Of a stretch of DNA of 64,000 nucleotides, positions 56,535 to 64,000 are shown piece after piece. The notes beneath the pieces are model-generated. The model did not search any database and had not been told where the DNA came from. It saw only the letters and a program-made list of their open reading frames with translations. Source of the DNA: Candidatus Onthoplasma sp. (GTDB lineage: Bacteria; Bacillota; Clostridia; Christensenellales; UBA1242); contig JAZQYV010000017.1 in NCBI GenBank assembly GCA_045633705.1, positions 2,916-66,915 of the forward strand. Direction: 5' to 3'. Both the position numbers and the translations under genes were made by a program. Position 1 is the stretch's first letter. Each line of letters starts with the position of its first letter.

Positions 56535-56822
56535 ATGAAAATTTGTTTTGAAACAGCAGAACAGGTAATGGAATTTATTGAAAAGGCAGAAGAATTATTC
56601 GGTACTGAAAGGCCAGTATCATATCAATATATGTCATACATGATAGAATCAATTGAACACATAAGGAAGCAAATAAGATTTAAGCCTGAAGTGTATGAGA
56701 GGGCTTTGCGTGATTTGAAACCAAGGATGTCAGAAGAAATGATTGAAAATGCTAAAGTTAAATATTTTGAGTTTGAGAAATACTATAATTCAAAAAAACA
56801 AGAACAGAGCTTTAATTTGTAG
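56535..56822 (+). CDS. hypothetical small protein
   Basis: 95 aa from ATG 56535 behind AAAGGAGAAG. Confidence 0.5.
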   Translation: MKICFETAEQVMEFIEKAEELFGTERPVSYQYMSYMIESIEHIRKQIRFKPEVYERALRDLKPRMSEEMIENAKVKYFEFEKYYNSKKQEQSFNL

Positions 56823-56914
56823 GGTTGTGGCTGTAAAAAAACGATTGAAAGGGCGATTTTGCATTAAAACAAACATAATTTTTAAATAAATTTAAAAAAG
56901 TTTATTAAAAACTA

Positions 56915-56943
56915 TTGTAAAATAATTAAAAGTGTGTTATTAT
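56915..56943 (+). promoter_or_regulatory. candidate promoter of the rimP-nusA-infB operon
   Basis: TTGTAA, 17 nt, TGtTATTAT; followed by 8-bp leader hairpin AGGAGTGG/CCACTCCT at 56957-56981. Confidence 0.45.
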
Positions 56944-57044
56944 AATAACGCAGAGTAGGAGTGGGCTTTAGGTCCACTCCTAATTGTTTGAATAAGGCAA
57001 TTTAGCCCTATTTAAACCAAATTTAAATTTAAAAGGATTTTTAT

Positions 57045-57497
57045 ATGAAAGTTGCAGAGTTAGTGCATAATGCAATCAGCCCTTTGTTTGAGGGGACAGA
57101 TGTTAAACTTGTAGACGTTGAATACGTTAAAAAATTTGATGACATGCACCTTATTGTGTATATCGACAAGGATAGCGGCATAACAATTGAAGATTGTGAA
57201 CGTGTTAGCAAAATGATTGACCCGGTTGTTGAGGAACTTAACCCAACACAAGACGCGAGTTATTGCTTAGATGTGTCATCATATGGTATTGATAAACCAT
57301 TAAAATTTGATTGGCAGTTTGAAAAGTATTTAAATCAAAAAGTGTCAGTTAAACTTTATAAAAAGGTTGACAATCTAAAAGAATTTGACGCTATATTAAA
57401 GGGCTATAAAGATGCATATGTGTTTGACTTGGACGGAACTGAAATAAATTTAGAAAAAGAAGTTGTGGCATACATATTGCCATACATTGAGTTTTAA
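57045..57497 (+). CDS. rimP: ribosome maturation factor RimP
   Basis: 150 aa; conserved position before nusA; LVDVEYVKK...LIVYIDKD.GITIEDCERVS. Confidence 0.85.
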   Translation: MKVAELVHNAISPLFEGTDVKLVDVEYVKKFDDMHLIVYIDKDSGITIEDCERVSKMIDPVVEELNPTQDASYCLDVSSYGIDKPLKFDWQFEKYLNQKVSVKLYKKVDNLKEFDAILKGYKDAYVFDLDGTEINLEKEVVAYILPYIEF

Positions 57498-57508
57498 GGA
57501 GAAATATT

Positions 57509-58633
57509 ATGGTAAACAAAGATTTTTTTGAAGCATTAAGATTATTAGAACAAGAACGTGGTATTCCACAAGACCAAATGATTGGTATGTTGGAAGCAGG
57601 CCTTACAGCTGCATATAAAAAGCACAAAGGCGAAGCTATGCTTGCGCAAGTTAAGCTTAATCCAGAAAAGCATACAATCAAGTTTTATTCTGGTAAGATG
57701 GTGGTTGAAACTGTTGAAGATAGCGATAAGGAAATTAGTCTTGAAGATGCCAAGGAAATTAAAAAGTCATACAAACTTGGCGACATTGTGTTAAAGGAAG
57801 AAAACCCTAAAGACTTTAACCGTATTGCAGTGCAAACAGCTAAACAAGTGGTTGTTCAAAGCATTAAAGAAATTGAAAAGAAAACTATATATAACGACAT
57901 CGCTGAAAAGGAAGGCAAGCTAATTGTTGCCAATGTACGTCGTATTGATGGCGATAATGTGTATCTTGAAATTGGCGGAACAACACTTGAAGGTTTGCTA
58001 ACTGAACGTGACTGCTTGCCAGACGACAAGTTCCGTACAGGTGATAAAATTAAAGTATTTGTTCGTCACATTCGTGATGATTACAAGGGTGCTGTTGTAC
58101 AAGTTACACGCGCAAATACTTCATTTGTTAAAAAATTATTGGAAATCGAAGTTCCTGAAATTGCAAATGGCGATATTGAAATTGTAAACATTGTGCGTGA
58201 AGCTGGTCTTAGAACTAAAGTGTCAGTTAAGACATCTATTGAAGGTTTGGACGCTGTTGGTGCTTGTATTGGTAACAAAGGTATGCGTATTAATACAATT
58301 ATTAACGAATTGCATGGCGAAAAGATTGATATAATCAATTATTCAGAAGATGCTGTTGAATATATTACAGCAGCGCTTAGCCCAGCAACCGTAAATGAAG
58401 TAATTGTAAACGAAAATGAACAATCTGCAAAAGTTTTGGTACCAGAAAACAAATTGTCACTTGCAATTGGTAAGGGCGGACACAATGTACGCCTTGCAGC
58501 AAAGCTTACTGGCTACAAACTTGACGTTAAGGGTGAAAAAGAACGCGCTAAAACAAATGACGTGCTAGTAGCAGGTGATGTAAACATTATTGTTGATGAT
58601 GTTGATGAAAACATCTTTGATGATATCGACTAG
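57509..58633 (+). CDS. nusA: transcription termination/antitermination factor NusA
   Basis: N-terminal domain, S1 (GKLIVANVRRIDGDNVYLEIG), two KH (GACIGNKGMRI; LAIGKGGHNVRLA). Confidence 0.96.
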   Translation: MVNKDFFEALRLLEQERGIPQDQMIGMLEAGLTAAYKKHKGEAMLAQVKLNPEKHTIKFYSGKMVVETVEDSDKEISLEDAKEIKKSYKLGDIVLKEENPKDFNRIAVQTAKQVVVQSIKEIEKKTIYNDIAEKEGKLIVANVRRIDGDNVYLEIGGTTLEGLLTERDCLPDDKFRTGDKIKVFVRHIRDDYKGAVVQVTRANTSFVKKLLEIEVPEIANGDIEIVNIVREAGLRTKVSVKTSIEGLDAVGACIGNKGMRINTIINELHGEKIDIINYSEDAVEYITAALSPATVNEVIVNENEQSAKVLVPENKLSLAIGKGGHNVRLAAKLTGYKLDVKGEKERAKTNDVLVAGDVNIIVDDVDENIFDDID

Positions 58634-58888
58634 GTGGCTATGCACACAACATATCAACGCAGATGTGTTGCTTGTAGGCAGCCACATCTTAAACAAGAGA
58701 TGGTGCGCATAACCAAGATTAATGACGATTATGTTATAGATGAAACATACAAATTAAATGGTAGAAGCGCATATATTTGCAAAAATAAAGAATGCATAAC
58801 TAAAGTTATTGATAAAAAGCTATTAAATCGAAGCTTTAAAACCAATTTAAATGAGATTTATAGCAATTTGAGAGGGTATATTGAATAA
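58634..58888 (+). CDS. ylxR: YlxR/RnpM-family (DUF448) RNA-binding protein
   Basis: RRCVACRQ...GRSAYIC; GTG 58634 or ATG 58640 possible. Confidence 0.85.
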   Translation: MAMHTTYQRRCVACRQPHLKQEMVRITKINDDYVIDETYKLNGRSAYICKNKECITKVIDKKLLNRSFKTNLNEIYSNLRGYIE

Positions 58889-59198
58889 ACTAATAAAGAC
58901 ATACCTAGGTTTTAGTATAAAATCTAGAGCAGTTGTAATAGGACAAGATAGATTAAAGGCAACTAAAGATAAAGTGTGTTTAATTATATGTTGCACATCA
59001 GCCAGTCAAAATTTAAAGGACTTGGCAATAAGACAAGCTGAAAGGTTTAAATGTAAACTGATATATTTAGACGAAACGTTAGAAAACTACACAAGCCTAG
59101 ACGGCTGTAAAGTTATAGGACTTACAAATCAGTCACTGGCTAATGCAATATTAAAAGTTGCGGAAAATAAACAAGAGGGAGAGATTAATGGAAAATAA
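58881..59198 (+). CDS. L7Ae/L30e-family protein (YlxQ-like)
   Basis: TTG start after AGAGGG; 105 aa; conserved slot between ylxR and infB. Confidence 0.7.
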   Translation: MNKLIKTYLGFSIKSRAVVIGQDRLKATKDKVCLIICCTSASQNLKDLAIRQAERFKCKLIYLDETLENYTSLDGCKVIGLTNQSLANAILKVAENKQEGEINGK

Positions 59199-61758
59199 GA
59201 AAACAGTATCATTTGACAATATCAATTTGTTAAAAACCTTTATAAAAGAAGGTAAATTTTCCGCGCTTACTGGAAGTATTAAAAATTTGAAATTAAAGAT
59301 GGATGCTTTGTGTAAAAATGCGCGCGCAAGGGAAAAGCAATTGCTTGCTACAGCTGAGGCGGAAAAACTTGAAACTCAAAGATTAGAACAAGCAAAGCAA
59401 GTTGTTGTTGAACAGCCTAAAAAGGAAGAGGTTAAAGTTGAACCAAAGGTAGAAGCACCAACGCAACCAGCACAACCTCAAAGACCTCAACAAAACAATC
59501 AACGCCCACAACAAAATCAACAAGGCCAACGATTTAACCAAAATCAACAAGGTCAATTTAATCGTGGACTAAATCAAAACAATCGCAATAACTATAATAA
59601 CAATTTTAACCGTAATCAAAATGGGCAAGGTGCGCAAGGTCAAGGATTTAATAAGTTTAATAAGCAAAATGGTCAACAAGGTCAATTCCAACGTAATAAC
59701 AACCAACAAGGCAAGGCGCCATTTAATAAGGCTGGTGGCTTAAAAACAAACATTGCAAAGCCAAGCTTTATGAACAAGCCAAAGCCTGTGTTTGTTGCAC
59801 CTATTATTGAAAATCAACCACAACGTGACCATGGCAACAAAAAGAAGGGCGGAACACAATACGAAGAAAAGAAAGCATACACCAAGCGCGACCTGTTAAA
59901 GCGCGGTATGATTGAAGAGGAAAACACCGAAGACAGAATGCTTTCTCGTAAGGTTCGCACCAAGAAGAAGGAAGAAAAGACAGTTGTTGTTAAGCCAAGT
60001 GGTCCAGCAGTTATTACAACTGATAATATTACCGTTAAGCTACTAAGTGAGGTTACCGGTAAAACGGTTAGTGAAATTATGAAGAAGTTTATGTTACTTG
60101 GAATGATGGTTACAATTAACTCGGTAGTAGACTTCCAAACAGCAGAACTTATAGCTAGCGAAATGGGTGTTGAAATTATCCAAAAACTTGATAAGACTAG
60201 TGAAGAAAAATTGCAAGAAGTTCAAAATACGATTGCCAACTATAGCGATGAAGAGGCTGTTGTGCGCCCTCCAATTGTAACAGTTATGGGCCACGTAGAC
60301 CATGGTAAAACATCATTACTAGACTATATACGTAAGGCAAAAGTTACACTTGGCGAAGCGGGTGGTATTACACAGCACATTGGTGCATATCGTGTTGAAA
60401 TTGATGGTAAAAATATTACATTTATCGATACACCAGGTCACGAAGCATTTACTGAAATGCGTGCACGTGGTACATCAGTTACTGATATAGCAATACTTGT
60501 GGTGGCGGCTGATGATGGTATAATGCCACAAACAATCGAGGCTATTAATCATATCAAATCGGCTGGCGTGCCTATGATTGTTGCAATTAATAAAATGGAT
60601 AAAGAACAAGCCAACCCAGAACGCATCAAGCAACAACTTGCTGAAAACAATGTGTTGCCAGAAGAATGGGGCGGCGATGCAATATTAGTGCCAATTTCAG
60701 CTAAAACTGGTATGGGTATTGATAAATTGCTTGAAACCATATTATTAGTTGCCGAAATGGGCGAATTAAAGGCAAATCCAAATGCTCCAGCTATGGGCAC
60801 AATTCTAGAATCCCGTCTTGACAAAGGCCGTGGTGCTGTTGCTTCACTTATTGTGCGCAATGGTAGCCTAAAAGTGGGCGACACACTTGTAAGTGGCACA
60901 TGTATTTGTAAGGTTAAGGCAATGATTGACGAGCATAACAAGAGTGTTAAGGTGGCAACTCCATCAACACCAGTATCAGTACTTGGATTTAGCGAAGTGC
61001 CATCAGCAGGTGAAAGCTTTACAGTGGTTGATGAAAAACTATCTAAGGAAATTGTTGAAGAGCGTAAGGCTAAGATTAAGAATGAAATGGCTAACACTTC
61101 TAGTGCAAACACACTTGAAGACCTTATGGCTAAAACCAGTGAAGGCGACATTAAAATTCTTAATGTATTGCTTAAAACTGACGTTGGCGGAAGTTTGGAA
61201 GCAATCAAGCAATCTATTGCTAAAATTACAAACGACGAAGTGCGCGTAAACATATTGCACAGCGGTGTTGGTGGTATATCTGAATCAGATGTAATACTTG
61301 CAAACGCATCAAACGCTGTAATTTTAGGATTTAACACTCATATTGATAGCAAGGTTAAAACAGTTGCTGAACGCTTAAAAGTTAATATCAAGAACTACAA
61401 GATTATTTACGAACTACTTGAAGACCTTGAAGCCGTTATGAAGGGTATGAAAGAACCTAAATATGAAAAGGTTGAAATGGGCAAGGCTGAAGTTCTTGTT
61501 GTATTCAAACTTACTGGTATTGGTATTGTTGCAGGTTCAATCGTAAAAGACGGCGTGATTGCACGTAACACTCATGCTCGTGTTATTCGTGATGGCGAAG
61601 TAATTGTAGAAGATTGTGAATTGTCTAGCGTTAAGATTGTAAAAGATGATGTTAAGGAAGCTGGAAAGGGACGTGAATGTGGTATTAAGTTAGCTTTCAA
61701 TGAAATTAAAGTGGGCGATATTATTGAATGTTTCGCACTTAAAAGGATTGAAGAATAA
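59188..61758 (+). CDS. infB: translation initiation factor IF-2 with Q/N-rich N-terminal low-complexity region
   Basis: GHVDHGKTSLLD, DTPGHEAF, NKMD; ATG 59188 behind GGGAGAG (track opens at 59158). Confidence 0.97.
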   Translation: MENKKTVSFDNINLLKTFIKEGKFSALTGSIKNLKLKMDALCKNARAREKQLLATAEAEKLETQRLEQAKQVVVEQPKKEEVKVEPKVEAPTQPAQPQRPQQNNQRPQQNQQGQRFNQNQQGQFNRGLNQNNRNNYNNNFNRNQNGQGAQGQGFNKFNKQNGQQGQFQRNNNQQGKAPFNKAGGLKTNIAKPSFMNKPKPVFVAPIIENQPQRDHGNKKKGGTQYEEKKAYTKRDLLKRGMIEEENTEDRMLSRKVRTKKKEEKTVVVKPSGPAVITTDNITVKLLSEVTGKTVSEIMKKFMLLGMMVTINSVVDFQTAELIASEMGVEIIQKLDKTSEEKLQEVQNTIANYSDEEAVVRPPIVTVMGHVDHGKTSLLDYIRKAKVTLGEAGGITQHIGAYRVEIDGKNITFIDTPGHEAFTEMRARGTSVTDIAILVVAADDGIMPQTIEAINHIKSAGVPMIVAINKMDKEQANPERIKQQLAENNVLPEEWGGDAILVPISAKTGMGIDKLLETILLVAEMGELKANPNAPAMGTILESRLDKGRGAVASLIVRNGSLKVGDTLVSGTCICKVKAMIDEHNKSVKVATPSTPVSVLGFSEVPSAGESFTVVDEKLSKEIVEERKAKIKNEMANTSSANTLEDLMAKTSEGDIKILNVLLKTDVGGSLEAIKQSIAKITNDEVRVNILHSGVGGISESDVILANASNAVILGFNTHIDSKVKTVAERLKVNIKNYKIIYELLEDLEAVMKGMKEPKYEKVEMGKAEVLVVFKLTGIGIVAGSIVKDGVIARNTHARVIRDGEVIVEDCELSSVKIVKDDVKEAGKGRECGIKLAFNEIKVGDIIECFALKRIEE

Positions 61759-62135
61759 TGAAAAATAACAGATTAGAACGTGTAAATTCAGAACTTCAAA
61801 AAGAAATTGCTATGATTATAAACAACGAGCTTCGTGACCCTCAAATCACCAGTATGATTGGGGTTAGCGAAGTGGACGTTGCACCAGACCTTGCAAATGC
61901 AAAAGTGTATTTGTCAGTGTATGGCGGTGATGCGCAAGATACGCTTAATCGTGTAAAAGGTGCAGGCTCGTTTATTCGTGGCAGACTTTCACAAAAAATC
62001 CGTTTGCGTATTACTCCAAGATTAGATTTTTATCTTGACAATTCGCAAGTTTATGGTCAAAAGATTGACGAGTTGTTAAACAATATCACTTATACAACCA
62101 ATCCAGATGACCAATTTGATTATGAGGAAGATTAA
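61758..62135 (+). CDS. rbfA: ribosome-binding factor A
   Basis: RVNSELQKEIAMII...LRDP...VEVSPDL-like pattern, 125 aa, coupled to infB stop. Confidence 0.9.
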   Translation: MKNNRLERVNSELQKEIAMIINNELRDPQITSMIGVSEVDVAPDLANAKVYLSVYGGDAQDTLNRVKGAGSFIRGRLSQKIRLRITPRLDFYLDNSQVYGQKIDELLNNITYTTNPDDQFDYEED

Positions 62136-62983
62136 TGAGAGGAATATTATTAGTAAATAAACGTCAAGGCTGGACTAGCTTTGACGTTGTTAATTTTTGT
62201 AAACGGGTGTTTGGTACACGTGAGATAGGGCATCTTGGCACACTAGACCCTATGGCAACTGGCGTGCTTGCCGTAACAGTAGGCAGTGCCACAAAACTGT
62301 TTGATATGTTTTTAAATAAAACTAAAACGTATGTAGCCGAATTTACTTTTGGATATAGCACCGATACACTTGATGCTGAAGGTCAAGTAGAAAATAAGTG
62401 CGATATAATTCCAACACTAGAACAAATACAACAAGTTTTGCCAGCATTTATAGGCGAGATTGAGCAAATGCCACCAAAGTATAGTGCTAAAAAGATTAAT
62501 GGTAAAAAAGCCTATGATTTGGCTAGAAGCGGTAAGGACTTTGAACTTAAACCAAGCAAAGTTACTATACATAATCTTAAAATTTTGGATTATAGTAATG
62601 GCGTTTTAAAACTTGAAATCGAATGTGGGGCAGGCACCTATATTCGTTCACTTGGTCGTGACATTGCCCTTAAACTTAATAGTTTGGCTACTATGACAAG
62701 CCTTGTAAGAACCAAACTAGGTGCATGGAATATTGAAGATTGTATTGATGTTAAGGACAATACAAACGAGTTTATAATGTCTAAATTATTACCAATAGAT
62801 AGTGTATTTAATAATCTATCTACACTAGATGATGTAGAGATGGTTAAGCGCCTACTTAATGGTCAAACAGTGGTTGTAGATATAAAAGATGGCGATTATA
62901 GACTATATAAGGATAATGGATTTGTAGCAATAGCAACCGCAAAAGATAAACATATTAAGATGAGCAAATATTTTAAAATATAA
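62135..62983 (+). CDS. truB: tRNA pseudouridine(55) synthase
   Basis: GILLVNKRQGWTSFDVV, GHLGTLDPMATGVL, GAGTYIRSL. Confidence 0.94.
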   Translation: MRGILLVNKRQGWTSFDVVNFCKRVFGTREIGHLGTLDPMATGVLAVTVGSATKLFDMFLNKTKTYVAEFTFGYSTDTLDAEGQVENKCDIIPTLEQIQQVLPAFIGEIEQMPPKYSAKKINGKKAYDLARSGKDFELKPSKVTIHNLKILDYSNGVLKLEIECGAGTYIRSLGRDIALKLNSLATMTSLVRTKLGAWNIEDCIDVKDNTNEFIMSKLLPIDSVFNNLSTLDDVEMVKRLLNGQTVVVDIKDGDYRLYKDNGFVAIATAKDKHIKMSKYFKI

Positions 62984-63010
62984 AACTACAATTTTAGGTT
63001 GTAGTTTTTT
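62983..63010 (+). terminator. rho-independent terminator
   Basis: AAACTACAA-loop-TTGTAGTTT followed by TTT, running into the next promoter block. Confidence 0.75.
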
Positions 63011-63019
63011 ATTTGCCTA

Positions 63020-63048
63020 TTGACAAAGTTAATAACATATTATATAAT
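63020..63048 (+). promoter_or_regulatory. sigma-70-type promoter inside conserved 23-nt block
   Basis: TTGACA, 17 nt, TATAAT; block TTTTTTATTTGCCTATTGACAAA at 63005-63027. Confidence 0.7.
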
Positions 63049-63072
63049 AAAGCAAATTTAAAGGAGAAAATT

Positions 63073-63609
63073 ATGGAAAAATTCGATTTATATATGTCAT
63101 CAATACAAACCGAGTCTATGGTTCCAACAAAAGAGAATGAAAAGAGTTTTCGTTTTGTTGGGTATTTTGTAAATAAAAAGGATGCAGAAAATGCGGCTAA
63201 AATATATGAAGTGGTATATAGAGCTATGGGTATGAAACTTTTACATACATATAAAGTAGAAAAAAAATCGTTTTCTAAAAATTTAAGATTAAGAACTACA
63301 ATTATAGATAGACAAGGTGAATTTTACTATAAATCATTAGATGAATTTATTTATTGCAACCAAAATATTAAACGTTATCTAGAAGTTAATAAATTAACCG
63401 CAGATGAGCTTTTAAGTCAAATAAATGAAAATGATAGTAAAATAGAAAAAGAACTTCGTATTATTGAAAGAATGATAAAAGAATATAATGATAAACTTCA
63501 TTTTGCTTTACGAACATCAAGCACCAGTGAAGAAAGTATTGAAAAGATTAAAGAAAGTATTAAATATCTAGAAAGTTTGCGTGAGAAGACAACAGGATTT
63601 ACCAAGTAG
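63073..63609 (+). CDS. hypothetical protein (paralog family B, copy 1)
   Basis: 178 aa from ATG 63073 behind AAAGGAGAA; shares DAENAAKIYE.../YKSLDEFI/LRIIERMI with the next ORF. Confidence 0.55.
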   Translation: MEKFDLYMSSIQTESMVPTKENEKSFRFVGYFVNKKDAENAAKIYEVVYRAMGMKLLHTYKVEKKSFSKNLRLRTTIIDRQGEFYYKSLDEFIYCNQNIKRYLEVNKLTADELLSQINENDSKIEKELRIIERMIKEYNDKLHFALRTSSTSEESIEKIKESIKYLESLREKTTGFTK

Positions 63610-63619
63610 GAGAGACTTA

Positions 63620-64000
63620 TGGAAAAGATTACATTATATGAAGCAGTTGTTGAATTTCAACATAAATTTATATGGCACAATGATGAGCCCCAAAACACAT
63701 TTTGGCAAATTGGCTTATTTGAAAACGAACAAGACGCAAATTATGCCATTCAAATATATGAGAAAGCGCACAGCATTAAGAAAAGTAAATGCACAGGCAA
63801 TCATTATGTGGCTAGTTATGAATATCCTAAACGCTTAAACGTTAGGTATTATAAAAATTTAGATGAATTTATAAATAATAACGTTCCAGTTATGGAATAT
63901 ATTGCATTTATTGGTCAAGATGGGCTAGATAAACTTTTAAAGGAAATTGGTTTTGAACCGCAAGAAGAAAAAAATCTTAGAATAATCGAAAGAATGATAA
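63620..64000 (+). CDS. hypothetical protein (paralog family B, copy 2; 3' end beyond window)
   Basis: Not in the track because it has no stop in the window. TAGGAGAGA RBS + ATG 63620: MEKITLYEAVVEFQHKF...DANYAIQIYEKAH...YKNLDEFINN...NLRIIERMI. Confidence 0.55.

Noticed and set aside
56841-56870. A possible fourth, degenerate copy of repeat R (CGATTGAAAGGGCGATTTTGCATTAAAA).
   Set aside because: Only the ...TTT(T/C)GCATTA tail is similar. The purine-rich arm and the hairpin cannot be formed.
60549-61337. A long antisense ORF (262 aa) inside infB. Similar antisense or alternate-frame ORFs occur at 41643-42164, 44860-45387, 16238-16738, 28686-29069, 21771-22082 and elsewhere.
   Set aside because: They lie opposite or out of frame to strongly motif-supported housekeeping genes. 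They have Ser/Leu/Ile-rich low-complexity translations and no RBS. They are typical shadow ORFs.

Overview
This is an AT-rich (roughly one-third G+C by eye) Firmicutes/Clostridia-type chromosomal segment, transcribed almost entirely on the + strand. All calls come from reading the ORF track and sequence motifs; no database search was run.

Conserved housekeeping backbone, in order:
- ABC transporter (minus strand), two BspA-type LRR surface proteins, a small methyltransferase
- SAM-riboswitch unit, then a T-box(Thr)-controlled operon ending in thrS
- trmH-like, yebC, ruvC, ruvA, ruvB, queA, tgt, yajC, secD, secF, recJ, relA
- M50 protease, scpA, scpB, ftsY
- ylxM, ffh, rpsP, KH protein, rimM, trmD, rbgA, PQ-loop protein, rnhB, yraN, rplS
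- frr, uppS, cdsA, rseP
- rimP, nusA, ylxR, L7Ae-like, infB, rbfA, truB

The backbone is interrupted about a dozen times by orphan gene cassettes. Each has its own near-consensus sigma-70 promoter and intrinsic terminator. Several encode proteins built from RNA-polymerase-derived DNA-binding modules (sigma region-4-like, alpha-CTD-like) or 9 tandem HA-like repeats.

Most unusual observations:
1. Three ~70-80 nt GC-rich perfect four-way-junction (cloverleaf-like) elements with covarying stems: 9043-9111, 49454-49532, 52098-52168.
2. Three copies of a ~55-nt purine-rich-plus-hairpin intercistronic repeat: 42961, 45742, 51085.
3. A 23-nt promoter block, identical in two copies and one mismatch in the third, in front of three unrelated orphan cassettes.
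4. A SAM-I/IV-type riboswitch controlling only a 91-aa orphan protein.
5. A PolC-like N-terminal/OB/exonuclease protein without polymerase domains, sitting in the canonical polC slot.
6. A RelA/SpoT homolog whose hydrolase (HD) motifs are degenerate.
7. A tandem paralog carrying a single in-frame TAA.

No rRNA, tRNA, CRISPR array, transposase or integrase was seen.
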